DNA of 63,231 nucleotides, the filler included, from Rhabdomonas costata (taxonomy: Eukaryota), in the NCBI GenBank assembly GCA_019059605.1. It is 18 parts of 18 records of this genome, joined end to end, with 100 filler letters (N's around TTAATTAATTAA, not from the genome) between each part and the next. Parts side by side here need not be neighbours in the genome. Positions count along the whole stretch, not along the records: positions 49,312 to 52,717 come from JAHMHO010000888.1; positions 52,818 to 56,219 come from JAHMHO010000889.1; positions 56,320 to 59,729 come from JAHMHO010000890.1; positions 59,830 to 63,231 come from JAHMHO010000891.1; 14 more parts are not named here. One strand, 5' to 3'. Shown here in pieces: positions 52,157 through 63,231 of this stretch. Below the pieces are notes generated by a model. The model was not told the DNA's origin, ran no database searches, and saw only the letters and a program-made list of their open reading frames with translations. Both the position numbers and the translations under genes were made by a program. Numbering within the stretch: the stretch's first letter is position 1; each line of letters opens with the position of its first letter.

Positions 52157-54008
52157 CTGTGCAGTGTGCAGCAGGTCATCGTTGACACAAGTGACACATC
52201 AAACCCGAGGAGTAAGAAACGAAACCCTCCCCCCAAATCCCCGCGTCATCATCAAAACCTGCAACACCCCGCCAGTTCCGATTGACTTTTGTGTGTTTTT
52301 GTTTCTCTATCTGTGCAATGAGTGAGAATGTGGATGGGTGGGCGAATGATTGAATGATTGGGTGTGCGCTTTGGATCTGCAACCTGCGGTTGCTCGTACT
52401 AGCCTGAGAGATTCCCGTGTGGAGTGTGTTTGTGGGTCCCGGACGCAGGCGGGATGTCTCCGGGTTACCTCTGATGGATGCTGTTCATACTCGTTCATTT
52501 TCGTGGCTTGTTTTGTCTGCGTACTCTGACGGGGCGGACCTGCCCCCTCCCCCTCCCCCTCCCCCTTCTCCGAAAGACTCGATGCACATGGTGCATTGGA
52601 CTGAATCTGGCAAAGCGGATGTTTGAAAATAATGTTACCTTTTGACCTGCGTGCCCTGTGTTTGTTGTGTGCGGCCCTTATGCCAACTCAAGGCTGCGAC
52701 TTGACTCGCGCATCGCTNNNNNNNNNNNNNNNNNNNNNNNNNNNNNNNNNNNNNNNNNNNNTTAATTAATTAANNNNNNNNNNNNNNNNNNNNNNNNNNN
52801 NNNNNNNNNNNNNNNNNGGTTGGGGGGGCTGCAGGGCCTGCTCCACGGCCTCCAGCATTACCCGGGCGGTCTCCACCCTCCCTCCCCCTCGGGACTCACT
52901 TCGTGGGACCTGAAGGTACTCCGTGAGTCTCTCTTGGGCAGCGGGGAGGTTTCCTAAAGGAAGGGAATTTCGCCGTTCTCAACGCTTGGACCCCGTTGAT
53001 GGAGGAGGCACATGCGAAGGGCACAATTGACGTTGAGGAATTGTAACCGTAAACTAAAAAATCCAATTGAAAAAGGTCAAAAAAGGCAACGCATGCCAGC
53101 ACTCTCAAAAAAGACTTAGTAATGAGGTTAGGTAACCTGCGTCAGTGAGTACTCTTGGTTTGCACGTCGAAACGGAGGCTGGCTAAAGTCTGGCCTATGG
53201 CTGGGATTTGGGCGGACGAGTGGGATCTCATTTGTTTTTGGGAGGAGACCAGTCTGCATCGCGGCTGGGGCGTGGGGCCTTCAACAACCTCAACTGGTGC
53301 GGGAGAGGCGGGATGGGGAGGGCACTGGTAATTAGGAGAAAACAATTAGGAAGAATCATCAAAAATAATCCAAACACCTCAACTGCCCAATTCTTTTCCA
53401 TGTGAATGTGAAAAGAAAATGAAGGATGCCAACTTATGAGAAAAATAAAGATTTGATGAATGCTTGAGTGCGACGCCGAAGCAAGCTAAGAGTCTTTCTA
53501 TCTGTTCTGAAGGCCCAGTAGACCGGACCTCAACCTCAATAAGCCATGAGGATGAGAAAACGAGGAAGTGTGACCACACACGCCGTGGCACCTGAGAAAA
53601 AGCTCTCCACGCATTGCTGCCATGCGGCGGAAGGCGCGGTGACGACGGGCGACTTTCCAGAAGAGGGTGAGTCGAAGAGATACAGCCACTCCCCTGCACA
53701 AAAAGTAGCTCACCACCCCGCACTGAGCCACCTTCTCGCACCCCACTCAAAAGAACATCCCGCTCTCCACCGCGTGACATAATCCCCGGCAAACAACTCG
53801 GGGGAGGGGGGGCACACAGCATAAATCAGGGAGACATGAAAAATGTCATCTGCTTTTCAGCATCTGACATCTGAAAGAGACTTAACCTCCTTACATGTGG
53901 CCCATTCAACAGCTACGTATCAACAGCCAAAACGGTCCCGCTCATCATCATCAGCTTGGCGACCATGTTTCGCCCCCTCTCTCTTTTCCTCCGCTCACTG
54001 TCGCACAC

Positions 54009-55412
54009 CGTCGTGGTTGTCCCGCAGCACCAACGCCTCGGGAACTAGCTCGTACACCTTGCTGCACCGCTCAAAGGCCCCGCTGCAGTGCACGACGTCG
54101 GTCAGGAACAGGGCGTCCCGGGCACCCTGCTGCTGCACTTCCCCGTCTGAGGAGAAAGCACCCTCACCTCAGAGTGCAGCATGCGCGAAAAAAGGCGACA
54201 GCGCACTGCAACCACAACCGAAGGGCCAATGCTACACCCAGTGACGTGAGGAACCGGTCAGAATGAGTTGTGGAGGAACACACAGAGACCCTGCACGACG
54301 ACAGTCCAAATCATAGGGAAGCTATCGAATGAAAAGCAAAGCATTGCGTTGGTCCAAGACCGGATTTCGGGGGCTGCTATGTCTCAGCGGGCTAGGGCGC
54401 TGATTGCACGCGGCGTATTCCGACACATGCCCGATGGAGAGAAGAGGCAGAAGGGAGAGAAAAGATAACGGAAAATCGATAAACTGGTGGATGGCAGATA
54501 AGATCGAAAATGGGAGGAGCACGGCAGGCGCTGTGATTCGTCGCACCGCGTTCCGACTGCCACACAACTCTCTCAACAGCTAGGTGCGGCTAGGTGCGGA
54601 ACGGTAAAGGGGTAAAATGAGGGGGGAATCTCTCGCCCATCCGTGCAATGACGCACACCAGCAAGAATGGTGGTTCCGTAGTAGCTGTTCATTCGAAGCA
54701 GTACACTGGCCCGACGCTGGATATCTCCCAAGACCTGCACAAATAATTGTGTAAAGAGAAGGCGGTACCGTGCAAGCTCATACATTAAGCGCAAGAGGAT
54801 TTGCTGTGACGGAGAATTTTCTGCCTGCACACCAACGCACACGCAGATGCACACAAGAAACTGGTGTCTGGGGTGTCGCAAAAAACACGCACACACGCAC
54901 ACACTCGTTTAATACACTTGGCAACTGTTTTCTAAGAAGGACTTGAGGTCCACATTCCTCCTGGCCTCCCAACTTTCGATGGGGCATATGGGCCCATCGG
55001 GTATCACACCCTGGCTCTTGCCCCAGCCTCTCACTTGAAGGTCAGCACGAAGCCACCATTCGAAGGGTGACTTTTGGCGCGTCCGTCTGCTCGTCAAAGC
55101 CAGGGTACCCCCATTAATGTACCATTAATGTACCAGGGAACACTACGTTCACTGTCTCTCTCATTATGCTTCACCTTCCGTCACCACCGCCTCCAACAAG
55201 TTTTTTGGTCATTTTTTAAGGTTAAGACTTATGAGGGCTATACGCTTTTTTCAGGGCTGGACACATTTTCACACAAACACACATACCGCAAAGCGAGAGC
55301 TCGCCTCGCACCCCACACTGGTGTACCACGCCATGTCATGACAAAGCGCCACTTGCACCCGAAAGGCCGTCTTGCGGGCCAGCCCGACCACCCGGACGGC
55401 CAGCTCGCAGGC
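54009..55412 (-). CDS. Hypothetical multi-exon protein (best-supported exons 54824-54659 and 54146-54009; additional small exons upstream)
   Basis: AG/GT-bounded open segments joining in phase: ..LENSCQ/AENSPSQQILLRLMYELARYRLLF...TILA/DGEVQQQGARDALFLTD. No family recognised. Confidence 0.5.
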
Positions 55413-56602
55413 CTAACACAGAATGGATAATATGGGGAAAGAAATGCAGCATGAAGATCAGCGTGCAAACAAAACCAGAATCCCTGCTCAGCATGTTCCA
55501 TTCGGAAGGTGGGCGCTGAATTATCCCATCAACCATGCAGCCACCCCAACACGACGCTATTCCAAACGTTTCGATAACGGCGGGCCAAAGCAAAAGGACG
55601 GGAGGGGAGAGAAAAATACCTCCAGGGGGGCGGACGCACAGCGGCGGGCCGCGTTCCAGTGAATTAGGAGCCCTCCGGCGTCGATTGTGGCGATCGTACC
55701 GCGCGCGGCTTCGCATAGAAGATATACCTGCACAACGCGCCCCCGCTATTTCACACACAACGAGCTTGAGGATGCAATGTGAGAACTGGATAACCCTGCT
55801 CAAACCGGTTTTAAACGACAGAAAATGTTGATTTCTCCGTACTGCCCGTTACATTATCACATAAGGAACACACTCATAGTGCGGAAAGAAGACATAATGA
55901 GGAAAGAACCTGCAAAGGTATAAAAAAGGACCGTGACGGTCCTTTTGTGACCCTGCTCTCCATGGGGTTGGTTTGTATGCTGATATCGGGCGTTTTGATT
56001 TCAACCTCACAGGCGCTTTCCCCCAAGCAGAGAGAAGATCTTCTAAGCAACAAGAACGGATGCCTCAGATCAGCCATGAACCTACTGTGGTTGTGAGAAC
56101 TTCATACACACCATCAAAAATATCCATTTTACTGGCGGGCACCCCATCCACACAAAAAGCATGTCAACAGTCGGAATAAAACCATGTTGAGCTACCCCCA
56201 AGAATCCCAAAGAAATTTTNNNNNNNNNNNNNNNNNNNNNNNNNNNNNNNNNNNNNNNNNNNNTTAATTAATTAANNNNNNNNNNNNNNNNNNNNNNNNN
56301 NNNNNNNNNNNNNNNNNNNTTTTTTGGCGCGTTCACCGTGCTGCTGTTCGTGCTGGACGACACGACGGGCATTGGGGTGAGAGTGTGCGCCGTGCCCATC
56401 CACACACACACACACACGCACACACACAATTCGCACAAGGCACGGGTTGGTTCGGCGTTTCCTTCAGGCGGGCTTCTGATCGACTCCCCCGCCTCCCGCC
56501 GCTGTTTTTAGGGCAATGAGCATCCCTTCCTCACCTGCTGGGCGGAGGTATTACACCCACCCACCAACCTACCCACACACACACACACACACACTTGCAC
56601 AC

Positions 56603-58458
56603 CTGGGATGTGGCCCATGTACCCGAGTACCCTTTTGGGAGCCGCCCGCCGGACCAGCTTCCGAGTGGAAAGAGATCCCGGCGGGAGGTTTCTGCGGACC
56701 TCCGACAGGCCCATCGGATCCTTAAAGAACGCACACACACACACACATGCGCACAAAACACCTAAGTCCACACCAAAGCACCAATACGTTCTCCATCGCT
56801 GAAGCATTCAATTATGCCCGCGAGCATCCCTGTGCTGTCTCGATGAAAACGACTTTCAATGGTGAGATGATCATTGCCATTGCATCGCCATTGCAGACAA
56901 CCCCACCCTACTTGGTATTTCTACCATAAAGCCACGCAAGCAAAAGCATGATACCACGGCAGCGGCAGGGGCGTTTTCCAGGTCCCAAGAGTTCAGCAGC
57001 CTGCATAAAAAGAACATGTGAAGTATAAAAAAACAACTAACCAAAAAAGGCATAAAAGTCACCATAGACTGTCTTTTGACTGTCTTTTGTCCAGACAGTG
57101 AGCAACAGCACCAACCTAGGGGCCCACTGCACGCGCCCTTGACGGTCCTTGCTCAGCACAGGAGCACTTGGACGTGCCCTTAATTTGGTTTGGGGTTCAA
57201 TTATAATACGGCTAGCTCCACCCGGAAAATGAGAGATTAGTCTGTAACATTCCGAGCAGAAGTCTTTTTACCCTGTTTTTATGCCGCTAGTCTCAAAAAT
57301 GAAGTGTACGTGGAGATGAGCGCAGCCCATAGATGAGATTTTGCCCGGGGAGGCAAAATACGGCATCGAAACGAGCTTTGCGCCGCCGAAGGCGCGCTGA
57401 TTTTGAGGAGTCAATCTCCAGTTCTTTCAGAGTTTTAGGTATACAGTGCAAAGACGAAGTTTCGGCCAAAAGAACAACTTTTTGTAGGTGGCACAGGCGT
57501 GTTTCCGGTGCACGGCGTGCAACTTCAACGCCAAACCATCAGGCGACACACTGACTGCCCTGATTTAGTACCTCGCTCAGCCCAAAGCCCAGTCCTTGAA
57601 CTGCTCTGAAAAAGTCTCAGGTTGCGGTGGAGCCAAGTGTATAATTTTAAGTTCGACTTTCACTCATCAGTCGGACAAGGGGGACTGCTGGATGGATGAT
57701 GTGCGATTTTATTCATTTTTGATGTAAAACATGTTGGTAGTTGTTTCCGTCACAAACGTCATACGCCCACCGGTGCGTTCCGGGCAAAGAACTGGACGAA
57801 CACTATCATTCACCTCACCATCACCGCTCGTTGGTTGCGTGCGGGGGGGGGGGGTGCACTAACTCGTTCGGCGCTGCAATGGGTCCAACCGCTATGTTTA
57901 ACTGTACGTGTACATTAATTGTCCAGATTGAGCCTGAGCGGCATCTGTTCCATTTCAGCCCAATTTATTCCAGCAGTATGCAGGCGGGTGAAATTCCCAC
58001 CCTGCATTCCAGAGAAGACCTTCCTTCTCTGTGCCAAACCCATCAACGAAGCAGCGTGTGGCAGCCACATACAGCATCTCAAAGTAATCGTCATTGTCCA
58101 CGGTGCGGCTGACCTGCTGGAAGTACCTCACAAAGTCGTTTTGGGGGAGAAAAGACAGGAAACCAGAGAAAAACATGAGCGCTGCGGAAAGCTATCCCAC
58201 CGCTATCTTTCCAGGCCGCGCTTGCACTGAAGACGGCACCGCCAAAACCCACCCACCGTGCAGCACACCTCCCGGGATACAATTCCGCCAGGAAAGTGCC
58301 GGGGATCAAAGACGTCCAGGAAACGTTGCGCTTCTTCCTAAAAATTTGACAAAAAGAATCACCCACGTCATAAACTCACTGGAGACGGAGGTGAGGTGGC
58401 TCCCAGCAAAACGCTCTGAGAAGCTCGATGCGGAAATTAAGACCTCAAAAATGTCGCG
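56603..58458 (-). CDS. Calcyphosin-like EF-hand protein with a C-terminal GYxGHIPG motif (exons ~58458-58367, 58226-58186, 58139-58073, 57000-56955, 56720-56603); possibly decaying
   Basis: Spliced SEFMTASAAWKDSGGIAF(H)DFVRYFQQVSRTVDNDDYFEMLLLNSWDL matches calcyphosin EFL..F.....DG.VT..EF..YY..VSASID.D.YF.LM..NAW.L in register, followed by VLGYMGHIPG. Confidence 0.75.
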
Positions 58459-58696
58459 CTGATACCATTTCAATGCCATTGGTATCCAAACGTGTACAGG
58501 GTGCTGTTTTTGTATACCGCGAGTTGCTGAGCGGTGCTTGTTGTACACATTGCCCGGACTAGGCGTTGATATTATTCGTGTAAAGCCAACTTTAAATATC
58601 TTTTTACGTGACTGGGTTGCGCGGTGCGTCCGTTTGCACTATCGACACCTCGTTTGTGCGGTCATGCTCTCGGTCAGATTTCCTTGAGTTTCCGTT

Positions 58697-59729
58697 TCAC
58701 TGCCCAAACAGTACGTCCGTCACGCCCGGTGTTACTGTATGGTGCATAGGAAAGATGGGATTGCAGTGAAGGGAAAACAGCGAGAGCAGACAATATACCA
58801 ACGCAGTCAGGAGCTTGGCAGCTTTGGGTGACTGTGTCGCCCTGCTGGTGGGGGCAGGTGCCATTTTCCGAGGCAGCCACGGTGACCTGAAAGACGCCGG
58901 TCTGGATCCCATTCCCACATGTTGCGGAGCATGCACCGAAAGCAAAAGCTCCGGTGCAGTTCATTGCCGCGGAGGGAACGTCTGCGAGACAAGAGTGCAC
59001 CATCCATTCAGCGCACCATGGGCGGATGGCCGTGATCCAAAACCAAGGGAACCAGACTGTAGCAGAGTCAAACACCTGCCTTTTGGGCGCCGCGTACGGC
59101 AAAACATCCCTCGTATCCATGTATTTATTGCCTGCAATGCCACGATTTCGTCCTCCGTCCTCCTGCGTTCGATATTTCACTAGGTGCACGCCGCTTTAAT
59201 CCAGCGACCCATTCTCGGTCTAGTTTTGGCACAGAATGGCTCGTTTTAGTCCTAAAATCCTTCCTTAGAGCCTCAGCGGGAAGTTTAGAACAGGAAAAAT
59301 TCAGAGAACGATGCTGCAGTTCGATTCTCCCCCTTCCAAATTGGAGCAGGGGAAAAGAGAAAGAACTGTAACTGAAAAGAGGGAAGGGAGATTGAACTCG
59401 ACCTGAAGGAACACAGAACTCGAGGCGTCCAGAAAGCGAGCGGGCCCCCACTCGGGTCGGAACCCCAGGGGTAGCCAAGCAAACCAAGTAACATTTTCCC
59501 GCTACGGGGACAGCAAAACTCAGCGGCAAGAAGCCCACGGGGACTCGAGCGCTCTCCACAGATCCATACACGCAGTCCTCGCCACTGGCCAGGAAGACCG
59601 TCGTGCCCACAGGCAGCCCCACGCTGGAATTCAGGCGAAGGGAAATGTTCTGTGTCGAGCCAGCGCCTGGGGCCACGCTAGCCTCATAGGTGACAACCAG
59701 ACAGCTCATCCCGTTGCCCCCCCCACCCC
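58697..59729 (-). CDS. Extracellular protein C-terminus with a thrombospondin type-1 (spondin-like) repeat (exons contig end-59403, 58981-58799, short last exon ending 58697)
   Basis: NCTGAFAFGACSATCGNGIQTGVFQVTVAASENGTCPHQQGDTVTQSCQAPDC. Phase-1 GT-AG junctions are consistent. Confidence 0.75.
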
Positions 59730-59829
59730 NNNNNNNNNNNNNNNNNNNNNNNNNNNNNNNNNNNNNNNNNNNNTTAATTAATTAANNNNNNNNNNNNNNN
59801 NNNNNNNNNNNNNNNNNNNNNNNNNNNNN

Positions 59830-62800
59830 GGGTGTTGTGGGGATCGTCTGTAACGCTGATAAAGTACCTGGCAGAGAACACGAAGAGGATCTTGCCGGGG
59901 CCCACGAGCGATGAGGACACGTTGAAGAAGAAGAATAGTGGTGAGGAAGGGGAGAACGGAAAGCTGAACCCGGTCAGTGTACAAGTGTAGGCGGTGCTGC
60001 CCAAGTTACAAACCTTTGAGAGGTTGCTGTTGGGTTGGGTGCCCCAGCGCAAGCCAGAGGCGGTGTCGATGACACTTTTGTTGACCACAACTTGCTCCCC
60101 ACCAATGGAGGTTCCGGAGCCATTGACCAGGTAACTCACGACAACACTGCGGTTGAGGACGGCATAGGTAAAGGTGCTGTTGAGACCGAAGGTCGCATTG
60201 ACTTGGATGCTTGGCGAGGTAGCGATCGTTCGAAAGCTGGATGCAGCGAACCAGAGAGTAAGGTTCAGAAGCCCCACTGTGGTTTTGAGTGGCGTGAAGA
60301 ACACGTAAATCATCTGAGGAGAGCCAGTCCAGCGCATCCCGGCGCAGCTAATGTTGGGCGAGCTCGCAATGTTCGAACTTGTGTTGGTCGCGTTGCTGGC
60401 GCCTGTAGTGTTGGTAGCATTGATACTTTGCAGGAAGCACGGCGAGGAGACCAGAGGATCTGGTGTGGTTCCCCATCGCACTCCCGAGGGGAGATCAACT
60501 TTTGCTGAAGGTAGCAGCACTGCCTCTCCGGATGTGGACATACCCGTCGAAGACAAATTGTATGCCAGCACGACACGGGAGCCAGATAGAATTGCGACCG
60601 GGGAAGGCGTCTGCAAAAGCTGCACAAAGCCAAGAACCTGGAGAGATGGAATGTGAGATACAGTACTGAAGTTCGTCGCTGTCCAGTTGAAAGCGGGCAG
60701 GCTGCCGACAACCGGGGTGCTAATGGTGAAGAAGAGCGCGATGTTGCTGGGGGCTGTTGCCAGGGTGACTCCAGTGAAGTAACAGATGTATGACGCGGAC
60801 ACGTTCTGCCGAATGCAAGGTCGAGCTCCAGCCAGACTAGCAACGGTATTCCACTGCAGCGTGCCGTTGACGACGGAGCTGGGAACGGAAACCTGGGCAG
60901 TGGACGTCGTTCCAGTGGCATTCACATTGTACAGCAGAGTGATCGTGGCTCCAGCCAAAACCTGGCATGAAGGATAGCACACCACCGGTGATACCTCGGG
61001 GTTGATCTGCCCCAACACAAAGATGGAGCCGTTCCCAGGGACCCACGTGGTGTTCTGGAAGTTATTCGCTTGAAAAATCATCCCTTGGTTCAGCAAACCC
61101 ACAGTCGTGACCGTCGGCGCCAAGAACACCCATACATGAGCATCTGTGTTGCGGTAAAACGTCAGGTTCGAGGATAGCCCGCACTGGTAGTAGCTTCTGA
61201 CAGCAGGGCAAGCCATGGAGGAATTTGAGCTGTTCACCATATTCCAGCGTGGAGTACCTGATGTCATCGTCAAGGGAATGAGCAGGGACTCTCCGCCAGC
61301 GCTTGTCCCGGTTGCTCGAAGCACGAAGTGAATCGAGAGACTGGTTCCTGAAAGTTGGGGCGCAACAGGATAGATGCTGGGGATAGAAATCAGGGTGTTG
61401 GAAAGCAGCACATTCGTCTGCAGCTGGAAAGCGTTACGGTTGGGGTCAAGGAAGGCCATCACAGTGATAGGCACCACCTGGGTCCAAGCGATGTAATCTG
61501 TGGCATCCAGTGTGACGTTGACCCCCAGGAATCCGACTGCGGAAGTGGTGGGAGTGAAGTAAAGCCACAACGGGACCAGTGCAGATTGTGCGGAAAAGGC
61601 CGCACTGAGGTCACAGACCCAGTTATAGCCCACCACAGTGCAATTTTGGGCCCTTGAAGAGTTGTCGATGACATTCCACCGCAAGGTGTTGGAAACCACG
61701 CCAAGAGGCACAGTGAGCGTTTCCCCGCCAAGAGTGGGGCCAGAAGGAACCACCGTAAAATTGAGCTTGACAGGCTGCATCGCCAGCACCTTGGGACTGG
61801 CATTTGTATAGCTGACGGCGAATGTGCCCAAGGCGGTGTATGGTGCGAGGTAGGCCTTTGACTGAAAACCCTCTGCAAAGAACTCAATATTAATGGTACC
61901 GGTGCCAACGGAGATATTGGACGGAAGCAAGAAGAGATACAGGTGGGTGTTCTCCGAGAAAATGCCTGTGGAAAGCCGGCAGAACCCCAGCGCCCCAAGA
62001 TTCGTGCAAGGCTCGCTAACTGAAGCATCTGTGGTACTTCCCCAAGACAGGGCTCCGCTGGTGACGTCCACGTTGCTCAGAACGAGAGCCTCCCCACCGA
62101 TGGACGTTCCCGTGGCATTGATGGCAAGGTGCACGACAACTACCCCCAGAGATGCATTGAAGTTGGTTTCTCCTGCCACAGCGAGGGATCCCAGGACAGT
62201 GATGTTGGTCTCGCAAACGCTGTCCGCAAAGTTCTGGGCAACGAACCACACACTTAAATTCCACGGGCCCACCCTGGACAGGTTCGGTGTAAGGAATACC
62301 CGCACGATCTGGGGTAGGGTCGTCCACCGCATACCGCTGCAGCTCACGTTTCCGTCGTGGAGGCTTGAGGAGTCAGAGACCAGGACACAGGGTTTGGCCA
62401 GGGTGATGTCCGAAGAATAGCCCCACCTCACACCCGAGCCGAGGTTAACCTCGCTGGCCGGAATCATGATTGCCTCCCCGCTCTTCGAAACCCCAGAGGA
62501 GTTGAAGGAGTAGGTCAGTGCGATGAGCTCACCGCTGGCCACGACGGTGTCCGGGGCAGTGGAGACGGCAGGGAAGGTGATGAACCCGAGCACGACAACC
62601 CGGGGGACCCGGAACACAGGGCTGAAGCTGCTCGCCACCCAACCGAAAGGAGACAACGTTCCTACCACGTTTGAGGCGATGGTGAAGCTGATAAAAACGG
62701 GCTGGGGAGTGGGGGAAAACGATAACCACAGCGAGCAGACCCAATACATGGTGTCATTGGTCTCCACACATACTCGGGAGGTCTCCAAAGTCCCATCCGG

Positions 62801-63115
62801 ACTCCATATCACCCCGCTTACCTCCGAGTAGGGAACAAGTATTTGGGCAGTGGATGTCGTTCCAGTGGCATTCACCATGAACTTCAACGTCACCGTTGAG
62901 CCCGCCAGAACCTGGCATGAAGGATAGCACACTGTTGGCAGCGCTTCGGGGTTGATCAGCCCCAGCACAAAAATAGAGCTGTTCCCAGGCACCCAAATGC
63001 TCCTCTGAAAGTAGGTTGCCTCGAGCACCACGCTTTCATACAGCTGACCCACAGTTGTGACCGTCGGCGTGAAGAACACCCAAACATGGGCGTCCGTGTT
63101 GCGATAAAACGTCAC
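59830..63115 (-). CDS. Large repetitive S/T/N/V-rich putative surface glycoprotein; about 1095 aa of one exon, incomplete at both ends
   Basis: Uninterrupted 3.3-kb ORF with many NxS/T sequons, ~130-aa two-Cys modules and a 650-aa super-repeat (TFYRNTDAHVWVF at 63115 and 61165). Confidence 0.88.
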
Positions 63116-63231
63116 ATTAGAGCCACCGGCACAAGTGTTGGCGGAGAGGCACTGCTGGTTCCATTATCGATGTCCACGGGGACTCCACGCTGGAATGTGC
63201 TGAACTCTCACAACTCTTCCTGGCCCTGCAC
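63116..63231 (+). other. Inverted segment of the same glycoprotein gene (inversion junction at about 63113-63122)
   Basis: The plus strand reads IRATGTSVGGEALLVPLSMSTGTPRWNVLNSHNSSWPC, homologous to the minus-strand LRATGTSAGGESLLIPLTMTSGTPRWNMVNSSNSSMAC. Confidence 0.9.

Noticed and set aside
3420-59829. Regularly spaced TTAATTAATTAA blocks as a biological repeat or CRISPR-like array, and uniform ~3.4-kb units as nanochromosomes
   Set aside because: The blocks are N-padded six-frame-stop linkers. The uniform size reflects length-sorted contigs, and genes are cut mid-sequence with no telomeric repeat.
11-63115. Most short ORFs in the six-frame track, and operon-like readings across spacers
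   Set aside because: They are antisense shadows of GC-rich exons or intron read-through. Neighbouring contigs are not physically linked.
1-63231. Stop-codon reassignment as an explanation for interrupted exons
   Set aside because: Well-supported exons contain no in-frame stops, genes end in TGA or TAA, and the interruptions are frame changes rather than read-through positions.

Overview
This window is not one locus. It is 18 unrelated contigs of about 3.4 kb joined by 17 artificial 100-nt spacers (N44-TTAATTAATTAA-N44). The DNA is from an intron-rich, flagellated eukaryote: it has GT-AG introns, GC3-rich exons and axonemal dynein. An MLRR-type mitochondrial presequence and a globular-domain-less H1-like ORF hint at Euglenozoa, but that is inference. 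G/T-rich contig starts, C/A-rich ends and terminal fold-backs point to whole-genome-amplified, probably single-cell, material. Manual exon reconstruction gives fragments of COG5, SMC2, SPT16-like, inner-arm dynein heavy chain, M3 oligopeptidase, TRPV-like channel, UPF0489, WD40 plus 2H-phosphoesterase, calcyphosin-like, GHMP kinase, USP-like and TSP1 genes. It also gives a complete two-exon PpnP/DUF1255 gene, a repetitive surface glycoprotein and decayed retroelements. The best lead is a pair of paralogous, equal-length (124 nt), same-phase exons encoding the substrate loop of the M3 peptidase, which are candidate mutually exclusive exons. Other leads are an intron-bearing bacterial-type PpnP, a non-canonical 46-nt intron, recurrent G-run frameshifts and a 3.3-kb terminally repeated contig. 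All family calls come from motif recognition by eye; no searches were run.
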